Under the pieces are notes generated by a model. It did not search any database. It was not told where the DNA came from and saw only the letters and a list, made by a program, of their open reading frames with translations. DNA of 64,000 nucleotides from Pirellulales bacterium (lineage in GTDB: Bacteria; Planctomycetota; Planctomycetia; Pirellulales; JAICIG01), in NCBI GenBank assembly GCA_040901675.1, contig JBBDYJ010000025.1, positions 322,937-386,936 on the forward strand, in the 5' to 3' direction. The position numbers and the translations under genes were made by a program. This document shows, piece by piece, positions 35,681 through 45,014 of the stretch (the stretch's first letter is position 1; every line of letters starts with the position of its first letter).

Positions 35681-36796
35681 ATGTTCAGACCCTTGTCGCT
35701 ATCCGTTGCAATGGCCCTTCTTGCCGGCCTGCCTCAACTTAAGGCTGCCGATCCCCCCGCCACGCCATCGCCGGATGCCAAACAACTGCAACCTGCGCCT
35801 GAGACCAGCCGCGCCGTCGACGACCTCACCCCCGTCTTTCGCGCCGTTCGGATCGTCAGGGACCTGGCGGAATTCGACATTCTGAACCTGAAACCGCACG
35901 AAACGGGCGCGTGGATCGTCGCGGGGATTCTCCCTGGCGGTTTGAGCGGCGGCCTTTACATGCAGGGGGGCTATATCAAGGCCGAGACGGGTGAATTTGT
36001 CGATAACGGAGTCCGACCGAGCCTCGTCATTCAAGTCGGTGGACAGTGGGAGCTCCTTGAATTGCTCAGCGGCCAGGCTCCGCGCGAAGGACGCTTTCAG
36101 TGGAAAGAGCCCCACGTCGAACACTCGTTCGACAGAAATTTCAACATCTATGACACGTATTCGGTTTTCACCAGCCCGAAGACCTACGCAACCGTGATCT
36201 GCACGTTCTACGCAGATCGCAAGGGCGCCGAGCAGTTTTCGTCAGTGACATCGATCCCGGGCGGCTGGAAGACCTTCGTGAAGCCCGCCTATGAGTATCA
36301 CGTCGGGCATTCCGCCGATTTTGCCGGAAGCCATCTGAACGGACTCAGGAAGCTGGCGGCCGGCGAGAATCCATTCATCGCCCTGACGGCGATTCGCCAT
36401 CTCCTCCGCAGGTCAACCTCGGAGGAAGAGACTGACCAGTTCGTCGATCTTGCGCGTTCGCTGCCGAAGTTTCGGCAGGCCGTGCTCACTTTCTGGCTTT
36501 TGAAGAGAAACGACGACAATGCACGCGACATTCTGCTGAGGGCCATCAGCCGCTCCAAGAGCGCTGCCGAGCTGACAGGAATGGCGCTGGGCATGGAATC
36601 CTGGACGGCATCGCAGGAACGAGCAACCTTTTTGTTTGATCCGGGATCAACGGGGAACCTGCGTGACCAGGTCATCCAGAGGTGGCAGCGTTTTGATCCT
36701 TCGCCTGTCGACGAGGAGTCCTGGAAGTCCTGGCACAAGATATTGGCCGCGCCAGGAATTCAGGAGGGCAAGTCGCGACTCAAGCGAATGGAATAA
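35681..36796 (+). CDS. Hypothetical exported protein
   Basis: GGAG RBS, signal-peptide-like N-terminus MFRPLSLSVAMALLAG; long open frame with no recognised motifs. Confidence 0.7.
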   Translation: MFRPLSLSVAMALLAGLPQLKAADPPATPSPDAKQLQPAPETSRAVDDLTPVFRAVRIVRDLAEFDILNLKPHETGAWIVAGILPGGLSGGLYMQGGYIKAETGEFVDNGVRPSLVIQVGGQWELLELLSGQAPREGRFQWKEPHVEHSFDRNFNIYDTYSVFTSPKTYATVICTFYADRKGAEQFSSVTSIPGGWKTFVKPAYEYHVGHSADFAGSHLNGLRKLAAGENPFIALTAIRHLLRRSTSEEETDQFVDLARSLPKFRQAVLTFWLLKRNDDNARDILLRAISRSKSAAELTGMALGMESWTASQERATFLFDPGSTGNLRDQVIQRWQRFDPSPVDEESWKSWHKILAAPGIQEGKSRLKRME

Positions 36797-36933
36797 GTGA
36801 AGAACTAGGTAACTCGCCAACCGGCACCGCACAAACCCCGCTAGATTCAGCCCGCGGGAGGTTTTAGTTAGGTATCTGCGGCCCCTCGTCTGGCCGTCCC
36901 CTCGTCGCATTCGTCCTTCGTCCCTCGGCGCGC

Positions 36934-37003
36934 CTCGACTGAGCTCGCGGCTCGACTGAGCTCGCGCCTCGACTGAGCTCGCCGAAGTCCGAAGTCCGAA
37001 GTC
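36934..37003 (+). repeat. Three 17-bp CTCGACTGAGCTCGCG(G/C) units plus CCGAAGT heptamers
   Basis: Read directly; inverted copy at 35530-35575 and a five-unit copy at 42307-42411. Confidence 0.9.
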
Positions 37004-37074
37004 CTTTGCGTGAGGTCCCCGTCGTCCGTCCCAAGATCCAAGTACCAAGGCCCCCGATCCTGTACCATTCAAGC

Positions 37075-38514
37075 ATGGCCCACGTCGAAGACACAACCAC
37101 CACGACTGCTGATGGCGGACCGCTGGTCGAAGAGCTGGCGCCGGCGCCGGAGGCGGACGAGGCGTTCAAACGCCTGGCGGCCAGGCCGCATTGCCTGTTC
37201 CTCGATAGCGCAAGACGCGATCCGCTGCTGGGAAGGTACTCGTTCGTCGCGGCCGATCCGTTCGACTTCGTCATTACCAGCACCGAGGACCGCGAAGGCT
37301 TCGAGCCGCTGGCGCGGGCCATCGCCGGGCTGGCGTCGTGTACGGTCGAAGGGTTGCCGCCGTTCCAGGGAGGGGCGGCCGGACTGTTCAGCTACGACCT
37401 GGGCCGCCAGCTCGAACGCGTGCCGCCGCCCAAGATCGACGAGTTCCAGGTGCCCGCCATGGCGGTCGGCCTGTACGACGTGGTCGTGGCCTTCGACCAC
37501 CTGCAAGAGCGGGCCTGGATCATTTCGCACGGATGGCCGGAAACCGACCCGCAAGCGCGCCGCCGGCGGGCCGAGCGGCGGTTGCGCGAGATGCTGGACT
37601 GGCTGGCCGAGCCCGTGCCGGCGATGCCCCCGCGGCGAGCCACCCTCCCAACAATCGAGCCCGCACAACTGGCGGCGCAATTCCCAGCGGGCGGCCTGCC
37701 GGGGTTGACCAGCAATTTCTCGCGCGAAGCATACCTGGGGACGATCGAGCGGGCCATCGAGTACATCGCCGCTGGCGATATCTTCCAGGTGAACCTTTCG
37801 CAGCGGCTGCTGTACCCGGCCGCCGACGACGCGGTCGCGCTGTACCTGCGGTTGCGGCGGCGGAACCCGGCCACGTTCGCAGGCTACTTCGACCTGGGCG
37901 ACTTCCAGATCGCCAGCGCCTCGCCCGAGCGGTTCCTGCAAATCCGAGGGCGGCAGGTCGAGGCCCGGCCGATCAAGGGCACGCGGCCACGCACCGCATC
38001 GGCCGAGGCCGACCTGTTCGCCGGCGACGAGCTGCAGGCCAGCCCCAAGGACCGGGCGGAAAACGTGATGATCGTCGACCTGTTGCGCAACGACTTGTCC
38101 CGCGTCTGCCGGGCCGACAGCGTCCGCGTCACACAGCTCTGCGGGCTGGAGACCTACGAGTACGTGCAGCACCTGGTGTCGGTGGTGCGGGGCGATCTGC
38201 GCGACGAGTGCGGCCCGCTCGACGCCTTGCGGGCGGCCTTTCCCGGCGGCTCGATCACCGGCGCCCCCAAGCCGCGGGCCATGCAGATCATCGCCGAGCT
38301 GGAACCGACCGCCCGCGGCCCCTATTGCGGCGCCCTGGGTTACCTCGGTTTCGACGGTGCCCTGGATGCCAGCATTCTGATCCGCACCATCACCGCCGGC
38401 CGCGGCTGGTGGCAGGCACCCGTGGGCGGCGGCATCGTGGTCCGCTCGCTGCCCCAGAGCGAGTATGATGAAACATGGCACAAGGCCGAGGGGCTGATCC
38501 GCTCGCTGGCATGA
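37075..38514 (+). CDS. pabB: Aminodeoxychorismate synthase component I
   Basis: LGRYSF, GDIFQVNLSQR, SPERFL, RPIKGTRPR (PabB-type), AENVMIVDLLRNDL, FPGGSITGAPK. Confidence 0.9.
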   Translation: MAHVEDTTTTTADGGPLVEELAPAPEADEAFKRLAARPHCLFLDSARRDPLLGRYSFVAADPFDFVITSTEDREGFEPLARAIAGLASCTVEGLPPFQGGAAGLFSYDLGRQLERVPPPKIDEFQVPAMAVGLYDVVVAFDHLQERAWIISHGWPETDPQARRRRAERRLREMLDWLAEPVPAMPPRRATLPTIEPAQLAAQFPAGGLPGLTSNFSREAYLGTIERAIEYIAAGDIFQVNLSQRLLYPAADDAVALYLRLRRRNPATFAGYFDLGDFQIASASPERFLQIRGRQVEARPIKGTRPRTASAEADLFAGDELQASPKDRAENVMIVDLLRNDLSRVCRADSVRVTQLCGLETYEYVQHLVSVVRGDLRDECGPLDALRAAFPGGSITGAPKPRAMQIIAELEPTARGPYCGALGYLGFDGALDASILIRTITAGRGWWQAPVGGGIVVRSLPQSEYDETWHKAEGLIRSLA

Positions 38515-38566
38515 AGCGGTTGCACGGCCGCCAGAACTCTGGCGAGTCCTGCTACGAGGAAGAAAA

Positions 38567-38637
38567 ATGATTCTGCTGCTGGACAACTACGACAGCTTCG
38601 TACACAACCTGGCCCTTGTTTCGAGCGCATGGGCCAG
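38567..38637 (+). pseudogene. Duplicated 5' stub of pabA
   Basis: ATGATTCTGCTGCTGGACAACTACGACAGCTTCGTACACAACCTGGCCC... is near-identical to the sequence from 39211, then frameshifts. Confidence 0.85.
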
Positions 38638-38679
38638 GGGACGGTTTCGCTTGCGCCATACGCGATAAGAAGGTGCATT

Positions 38680-39021
38680 GTGCCCAGGACTGCGAAGAAG
38701 TTCGACGTGAAGACACAGATCGGCCGCATGGTCAAGCGGATCGTGAGTAAGTTTCACCCGGAAAAGATCATCCTGTTCGGCTCGCACGCGCGCGGCGAGG
38801 CCGGCCCGGACAGCGACGTGGATTTGCTGGTGGTGATGACCTTTGAAGGATCGGTGGTGGACAAGCGCCTGGAGATACGCCAGGCACTGCATCACTTCCC
38901 GATGCCACTGGACGTGGTGGTAACTTCCCCGGACGACTTTGCCTGGCGAAAAGATGTTGTCGGCACGATTGAGTGGCCCGCATCCAGAGAAGGAAAGGTG
39001 CTGTATGGCCGCGCCGACTAA
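38680..39021 (+). CDS. Minimal nucleotidyltransferase (MNT antitoxin)
   Basis: PEKIILFGSHARG....DSDVDLLVV...EGKVLY. Confidence 0.9.
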   Translation: MPRTAKKFDVKTQIGRMVKRIVSKFHPEKIILFGSHARGEAGPDSDVDLLVVMTFEGSVVDKRLEIRQALHHFPMPLDVVVTSPDDFAWRKDVVGTIEWPASREGKVLYGRAD

Positions 39022-39139
39022 TCCCGTGATCGCTCTGGTTCGGGAGTGGGTGGAGAAGGCGGAAAACGACCTGACGGCGCAGACACTCGTGACTCAGGTG
39101 GGCGGCCGAGGGGCTGATCCGCTCGCTGGTTTGAAGTAG
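39005..39139 (+). pseudogene. Truncated HEPN toxin (N-terminal helix only)
   Basis: VREWVEKAENDL is a typical HEPN start; the frame then runs into a duplicated pabB end and has no Rx4-6H motif. Confidence 0.7.
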
Positions 39140-39210
39140 CAGAGCTCGCCCGAGTTCTGGCCGCGGAAGAGCGGCACGCGGGGCGCGGGGAGCGAAAGAC
39201 AATAAACAAA

Positions 39211-39867
39211 ATGATTCTGCTGCTGGACAACTACGACAGCTTTGTACACAACCTGGCCCGCTATTTTGAGCGCCTGGGCCAGACGACGCTCGTGGTCCGC
39301 AACGACGCCATCGACGCGGCCGGGGTGCTGGCATTGGGGCCGCGGGCCGTCGTGCTGTCGCCGGGCCCCTGCGCCCCCGAGCAGGCGGGCTGCTCGTTGG
39401 AAGTCGTCCGCGCGCTCTGCGCCAGGCTGCCGATCCTGGGCGTCTGCCTGGGCCATCAGGCGATTTGTGCGGCCTTGGGCGCGCGCGTGACGCGGGCCGC
39501 CCAGGGAGTACACGGCGATTCATCGAGCGTGTTTCACACCGGCCGGGGGATTTTTGCTGGGCTGCCAAGCCCGATCGAAGCCTGCCGTTATCATTCACTT
39601 GTGGTCGAGGAGGAGTCGCTGCCGGAGTGCCTGGAGGTAACGGCCCGCACGGCCGACGGCGTGGTGATGGCCGTCGAGCACCGCGAGCTGCCGGTGGTCG
39701 GCGTGCAGTTTCATCCCGAATCGATCCTGACGGAGTGCGGCTACCAGTTGCTCGGCACATTTTTGCGGTTGGCCGGGCTGCAGGTGCGCGAGCTGCCGTC
39801 GTTCGCCAGCGAACGCGCCGAAGCAAGCCCGCCGCGACGTCTGCCCGACAGGCCGGTGACCTTTTAA
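39211..39867 (+). CDS. pabA: Aminodeoxychorismate/anthranilate synthase component II
   Basis: DNYDSF, LSPGP, LGVCLGHQ, RYHSL, GVQFHPES. Confidence 0.92.
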   Translation: MILLLDNYDSFVHNLARYFERLGQTTLVVRNDAIDAAGVLALGPRAVVLSPGPCAPEQAGCSLEVVRALCARLPILGVCLGHQAICAALGARVTRAAQGVHGDSSSVFHTGRGIFAGLPSPIEACRYHSLVVEEESLPECLEVTARTADGVVMAVEHRELPVVGVQFHPESILTECGYQLLGTFLRLAGLQVRELPSFASERAEASPPRRLPDRPVTF

Positions 39868-39868
39868 C

Positions 39869-40438
39869 TTGATCCTCGAAGGCATAGTGACCACGGTCAA
39901 CGACGGCGGCGGCGTGAACATCTCGCCGATGGGTCCGCTGGTGACCGCCGAGATGCGCGAGCTGGTGCTGCGGCCGTACCAGACTTCGACCACGTACCGC
40001 AACCTCAAGCGGACCGGCCAGGGGGTGTTTCACGTGACCGACGACGTCGAGCTCTTGGCCCGCTCGGCAATCGGCCAGGTCGACCCGCCGCCCGAGATGA
40101 TGCCGGCCCAGACAGTCGAAGGCTGGATCCTGGCGGGAGCCTGCCGCTGGTATGCCTTCCGGGTGCGCGAGCTGGACGATCGCGAGCCGCGCACGACGAT
40201 CGTCGCCGACGTGGTCGACCGCGGCCGGCTGCGCGATTTTTTCGGTTTCAACCGGGCCAAGCACGCGGTGGTGGAAGCGGCCATCCTGGCCACGCGCACT
40301 CATCTGCTGCCGGCCGGCGAGATCCGCGCCGAGTTCGCCCGGCTGGCCGTGCTGGTGGAAAAGACGGGAGGCGACGAAGAGCGGCGAGCATGGGCCCTGC
40401 TCGAACGGCACATCCGCCCCGCGATTGGCGAGGGTTGA
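39869..40438 (+). CDS. DUF447-family protein (methanopterin gene-cluster associated)
   Basis: ILEGIVTT...NISPMGP...PYQTSTTYRNL...GFNRAKHAVVEAAILATR. Confidence 0.85.
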   Translation: MILEGIVTTVNDGGGVNISPMGPLVTAEMRELVLRPYQTSTTYRNLKRTGQGVFHVTDDVELLARSAIGQVDPPPEMMPAQTVEGWILAGACRWYAFRVRELDDREPRTTIVADVVDRGRLRDFFGFNRAKHAVVEAAILATRTHLLPAGEIRAEFARLAVLVEKTGGDEERRAWALLERHIRPAIGEG

Positions 40439-40441
40439 GCG

Positions 40442-41407
40442 ATGTCCGTCCAACGGGTCCAGGTCTCTGCTCCCAGCCGTCTGCACTTCGGCATGCTCGC
40501 CTTTGGCCAGCCGGGCGCCCGGCAGTTTGCCGGCGTGGGGGCGATGATCGACTCGCCCGGAGTGCGGCTCTCGATTTCGCCCGGCCAGCGTCTCGAGGCA
40601 TCCGGCCCGGCAAGCGGCCGCGTGCTCGCCTTTGCCCGAAGCTTTCTCGAGGCCGCCGATTGGCTGGACCGGCCCGCCGCCGCGGTGATCGAGGTCGAGG
40701 CGGCTCCGCCGGAGCACGTTGGCTTGGGCAGCGGGACCTCGCTGGGCATGGCGGTGGCGCTGGGATTGAATGCTTTTTTCGACGGACCCTGGACGCGGGC
40801 CGAACAACTCGCGCAGGCGGTGGGACGCGGCCGCCGCTCGGCCATCGGGGTGTACGGCGCACTATCGGGGGGACTGCTGGTCGACGGCGGCAAGCTGGCC
40901 GACGGCACGATTTCGCCGCTGGTCAGCCGGGTGACGTTGCCCGAGGCCTGGCGATTCGTGCTGCTGTCAGCTCCGGGCGAGCAGGGTCTTTCCGGGGAAG
41001 CGGAACGGCAGGCGTTCGAACGGCTTCCGGCCGTGCCGGCTGAGGTGAGCGCGGACCTGTGCCGGCAGGTGCTGCTGGAGCTGCTCCCCTCGGCTGCCAG
41101 CGGCGACTTCGAGCGGTTCGGCGAGAGCCTGTACGAGTTCGGCAGGCGTGCGGGTGAATGTTTCGCCTCGCAACAGGGCGGCGCTTATGCCAGCCCGCGC
41201 GTCGAGCGGCTGATCGAACAGGTGCGCCGCATGGGTGTCCGCGCCGCCGGTCAGACCTCTTGGGGGCCGACCGTGTTCGCCTTATTGGCCGATGAGCCGC
41301 AGGCGCGGCAATTTGTGCGCGACGTGCAGGCCGAATCGCTTGGTCTGGATGCGACCATCTCGGCCCCCGCGGCCGGCGGCAGCCACGTGGTGAAGCGGCC
41401 AGCATAA
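40442..41407 (+). CDS. mptG: Beta-ribofuranosylaminobenzene 5'-phosphate (RFAP) synthase
   Basis: APSRLHFG, HVGLGSGT, GRGRRSAIG, GGLLVDGG, GQTSWGPT (GHMP-like). Confidence 0.88.
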   Translation: MSVQRVQVSAPSRLHFGMLAFGQPGARQFAGVGAMIDSPGVRLSISPGQRLEASGPASGRVLAFARSFLEAADWLDRPAAAVIEVEAAPPEHVGLGSGTSLGMAVALGLNAFFDGPWTRAEQLAQAVGRGRRSAIGVYGALSGGLLVDGGKLADGTISPLVSRVTLPEAWRFVLLSAPGEQGLSGEAERQAFERLPAVPAEVSADLCRQVLLELLPSAASGDFERFGESLYEFGRRAGECFASQQGGAYASPRVERLIEQVRRMGVRAAGQTSWGPTVFALLADEPQARQFVRDVQAESLGLDATISAPAAGGSHVVKRPA

Positions 41408-41658
41408 GGCGGCAAACACCAGTAACTCCATGGCGTTTTGACCGTGCCCCCGCCGCCCGGCTGGGCGACCCTCGGCCTGGCCAAGAATTATCTTGGGAAT
41501 TGGTTTCCCACTTGGTAACGTAAGAAATGCTGCGGGGTTCATTAATATGGGGGAATCCGCGGCGAAGACCTTCCCGAAAGGGGAGGATCTTGGACGACGC
41601 AGATGCATTCAATCCAGACTTCTCCTTGGTTTGTGCTGCACAAACAAAGGGGTGTGCG

Positions 41659-42141
41659 ATGCCGATCCGTTTCAAATGCCCTAATGGGCACGAACTCAAC
41701 GTCAAGGAAAAGTACGCCGGGCTCACCGGAATGTGCCCCCGCTGCCAGACCCGTGTCCTGGTGCCTACTCCCGTGGCCCAGTTGAGCGACGAGGCCATCG
41801 TCGACTTGCTCGGTCCGCCACCGGTCGACGACGACGCTCTGCCCGTCCACCAGGATCCCAGGCACCACGATACGCCCGGACCCGAGGCGGGCTCATCCTC
41901 AGGCGCCAGCCTGCTGGGGGCATCGCACCTGAATCGGGGGATGAAGATCTGCCCCAAGTGCCGCCGCGAGGTGCGCAGCGTCTACGACATCTGCCCGCAC
42001 TGCCGAACCTACTTCACCGACACTTCGGAGATCAATCGCCGGATGGCAAACACCTGCAAGCAGTGCGGCACCGAGTACGAGCACCACCTGATCGTCATCT
42101 GGTGCGCCAAGTGTGGCGCCGATCTGCGGCAGCAGAGGTAA
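41659..42141 (+). CDS. Multi-zinc-ribbon hypothetical protein
   Basis: MPIRFKCPNGH...CPRC, CPKC, CPHC, CKQC, CAKC. Confidence 0.8.
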   Translation: MPIRFKCPNGHELNVKEKYAGLTGMCPRCQTRVLVPTPVAQLSDEAIVDLLGPPPVDDDALPVHQDPRHHDTPGPEAGSSSGASLLGASHLNRGMKICPKCRREVRSVYDICPHCRTYFTDTSEINRRMANTCKQCGTEYEHHLIVIWCAKCGADLRQQR

Positions 42142-42145
42142 TTGA

Positions 42146-42742
42146 GGGCAGAAGGACGAAGGCAGAAGGCAGAAGGCAGAGGGCAGAAGGAACAAGGAAG
42201 AATAAGAAACGTGCGGCGGCGGGTGGCTGGAGGCAAAGCGCTAGCGTGCCCCAGTCTTCGTCCGTTTCCCCCCTTCGCCTCATTCACTCTTTGCGCCTTG
42301 GCGCGGCTCGACTGAGCTCGCGGCTCGACTGAGCTCGCGCCTCGACTGAGCTCGCGCCTCGACTGAGCTCGCGCCTCGACTGAGCTCGCCGAAGTCCGAA
42401 GTCCGAAGTCCTTGGCGTGAGGTCTTCCTCGTGCGTACCAAAGCACCAAAGCACCAAGCACCAAGCACCAAGATCCAAGGTCCTTGGCAAGAGGTCTTCT
42501 TCGTCCGTCCCAAGAACAAAGTACAAAGCACCAAGTCCCAAGATCCAAGAAAAACATTTTGCCCAAATTTCTGCCTTCTCTCGGCCAGCGCCTCTGCTAT
42601 AAACCAGGCAGAACAGTTTCGGGTTCCTCGTTCCTGGTTTCTAACTGCTGGCAAAACCACCTGACTCCTGACTCCTGACTTCCGACCTCTGGCTGCTGGG
42701 TCTTCCTCGTGCGTCCCAAGTACCAAGCACCAAGCACCAAGC
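42146..42742. repeat. Composite repeat region between convergent genes
   Basis: AAGGCAG, five 17-mers, CCGAAGT, ACCAAGC and CTGACTC tracts; GGGTGGCTGG...TGCCCCAG REP (also at ~3596 and ~10253). Confidence 0.88.
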
Positions 42743-42747
42743 TCTCC

Positions 42748-44121
42748 TTACTCGATGTCGCCTTCGGCGCGCAGCAGCCGCAGCGTGCGGCGGAAGGCCT
42801 CCACGGTCTGTTCGAGATCGCGCTCGTCGTGGACGGCGGAGGTGGGTCCGCCGGGCCAGGAAAAAATCTCCACGCCGTGCAGCATCATGCCCAGCCGGAG
42901 CTTGACCGCCAGCGCCGCGGGTGCGGGAGTCTTGAACAAGCGGTAGTCGCAGCGCCCCGATTCGATCTCCTCGCGCGATACCGGTTTCCGCAAGGGGTTG
43001 GTGAAGATATGGAACCCCGAAAAAGTTCCGTAGACGAACCAGTCGACCTGCTCTTCGCGCAATACGGCGTTGAGTCCCTCGCGCAGCCGGGCCGCATAGT
43101 CGCAGGCGCGCTGGCAGGCATCGCCGCCGGCGACCAGTTCCAGCGTCGCGATGCCCGCGGCGGCCGAGACGGGGTTGGCGTTGAAGGTGCCTTGGTGCGG
43201 GATCTTCTCGCGGCCGCTGGCGGCGCAGGCCGCCGGATCGAGCGCATCGAGGATCTCCTTGCGGCCCGCGACGGCGCCGCCCGGGAAACCGCCGGCCAGG
43301 ATCTTGGCCAGCGTCGTCAAGTCGGGGCGGATGCCCATCGTGGCCTGGGCCCCGCCCGGCGAGCAGCGAAAACCGCTGACCACTTCGTCAAAGATCAACA
43401 CCACGCCGCGGGCCGCCGTCGCCTCCCGCAGGATCTGCAGAAACCGCCTTGCCAGTGGCACCTGGCCCCAACTGGCGCCCGTCGGCTCGATGATCGCGGC
43501 GGCCAGGTCGTCGTGCCGGTGCAGGATCGCCAACAAGGCGTCGACGTCGCCGGGAGGAGCCAGCACCACGTTGCCGGCCACTTCGGCCAGCACGCCGGGA
43601 GTCGGCGTGCCGTCGAAATGCGAAGCCACGCCGAAGGCCACGTGATCGTGCCAACCGTGGAAGTGGCCGGCGAACCGCAGGATGCGGGGCTTGCCGGTAA
43701 AGGCCCGCGCCAGCCGCAGGGCCATCATGGTGGCCTCGGTCCCCGAGCTGGTGAAGCGGACCAGCTCCGCCGCGGGCATCAGCTCGCGGATCAGCTCGGC
43801 CCAGCGGACCTCCAGCTCGTGGCACGACCCGTAGTGCGTGCCTCGCTGGAGCTGCCGCTGGACGGCCTCGACGACAGCCGGATGGTTGTGGCCCAGCAAC
43901 AGCGCCCCATGGCCGCCCGTGTAATCGACATATTCGTTGCCATCCACGTCCCACTTGCGCGATCCGGCGGCCCGCTCGATGTAGATCGGATATGGTTCCA
44001 GTAGGCGGCCGTCGTGGGTGACGCCGGCCGGGAACAAGTGGGCGGCGCGGCGGGCGAGCTGGCCCGATTTGGGCGTGCGGCGGCGATAGGCTTCGACGAG
44101 CGGCGAGTCGGCGAGGTTCAC
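42748..44121 (-). CDS. Class III aminotransferase, glutamate-1-semialdehyde aminomutase-like
   Basis: DVDGNEYVDY, RFTSSGTEA, FDEVVSGFR, PDLTTLAK, HQGTFNANP. Confidence 0.88.
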   Translation of the reverse strand: MNLADSPLVEAYRRRTPKSGQLARRAAHLFPAGVTHDGRLLEPYPIYIERAAGSRKWDVDGNEYVDYTGGHGALLLGHNHPAVVEAVQRQLQRGTHYGSCHELEVRWAELIRELMPAAELVRFTSSGTEATMMALRLARAFTGKPRILRFAGHFHGWHDHVAFGVASHFDGTPTPGVLAEVAGNVVLAPPGDVDALLAILHRHDDLAAAIIEPTGASWGQVPLARRFLQILREATAARGVVLIFDEVVSGFRCSPGGAQATMGIRPDLTTLAKILAGGFPGGAVAGRKEILDALDPAACAASGREKIPHQGTFNANPVSAAAGIATLELVAGGDACQRACDYAARLREGLNAVLREEQVDWFVYGTFSGFHIFTNPLRKPVSREEIESGRCDYRLFKTPAPAALAVKLRLGMMLHGVEIFSWPGGPTSAVHDERDLEQTVEAFRRTLRLLRAEGDIE

Positions 44122-44251
44122 GCGGGCTGGCTCCTGGCGGGTGGCTGGATGTTCGTGTAGTCTATCAGGACGCCATGGCGGCTGTTAACAGATTGGTCGT
44201 TAGTACGCTTGCAAGGATGGCACGATCGACCAACCGCGCGAGTGTTCTAAC

Positions 44252-44983
44252 ATGCTTCCACTGATTGCGGCCAGACGGGCCTCGTTTGCCATCCTCTTGG
44301 TTGCGCTGTGGGGCGGCCTGCCGGCCTGGGGCCTGGAAATCCGGCCGGTTTCGAGCGGGGTCTATCGGGGTCCGGCGCCTCGCTCGGCGGCCGACTACCG
44401 CCGGCTCCAGCGGTTTGGCATCCGCACGGTGGTGGACCTGCGCAAATTCAACCGGATCGCCATCGCCAGAGAGCGGCGCGCATTGCGGGCACGCGGTATC
44501 GCCCATCGCCACGTGCCCATGGGCTACCGTCAGCCCAGCGACCAGACACTGCGGCAGGCGTTGGCTCTCATCAGCAATCCGGCTCTGCAACCGGTGTACG
44601 TGCATTGCAAGCAGGGGCGGGACCGGTCGGGGCTGATCGTGGGCGTGTTCCGCGTGCGCCATCAAGGCTGGACTCCCTCGACGGCATATCGAGAAATGGA
44701 GCGTCTCGGTTTTCGCAATGAAATCGCCGGGTTGAGGCGCTGCTTCTGGCTGAACTGCCCGGAAGAACCCAGACGGCGGATTGCCCAGTCGAGCTTGGCG
44801 GAAGGACGGAGGCAACAGAAACCAGGCACCAGCGGGGTGAAGGAGCCGGCGGCCGACGTCGCGGCAACTCCGCCGGCGCGCCAGACAACGCCCGAGCAGG
44901 TCCTCAAGCCCGCCAAGGGGTTGCCCCCACCCAGGAACGTAGCCGCAAGCAAGGCAGAGAGCAGAAGACCGAAGGATGAGTGA
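44252..44983 (+). CDS. Tyrosine/dual-specificity protein phosphatase family protein
   Basis: VYRG.AP, GIRTVVDLR, VYVHCKQGRDRSG (Cx5R); signal-peptide-like N-terminus. Confidence 0.88.
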   Translation: MLPLIAARRASFAILLVALWGGLPAWGLEIRPVSSGVYRGPAPRSAADYRRLQRFGIRTVVDLRKFNRIAIARERRALRARGIAHRHVPMGYRQPSDQTLRQALALISNPALQPVYVHCKQGRDRSGLIVGVFRVRHQGWTPSTAYREMERLGFRNEIAGLRRCFWLNCPEEPRRRIAQSSLAEGRRQQKPGTSGVKEPAADVAATPPARQTTPEQVLKPAKGLPPPRNVAASKAESRRPKDE

Positions 44984-45014
44984 GAACCGGGGGCGACACC
45001 GCGCTAGGGCGACT

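Noticed and set aside
38768..40807. 679-aa ORF on the minus strand, and similar long antisense ORFs (9903-11627, 37069-38586, 51172-53025)
   Set aside because: They overlap well-supported genes on the opposite strand and have shadow-like composition.
42307..42411. Regular 17-bp palindromic repeats as a CRISPR array
   Set aside because: The units are directly tandem with no unique spacers, and there are no cas genes in the window.
42748..44121. Calling the aminotransferase hemL
   Set aside because: It lacks the canonical GGVNSPVR N-terminal motif (it has AGVTHDGR), so it is probably a paralog.
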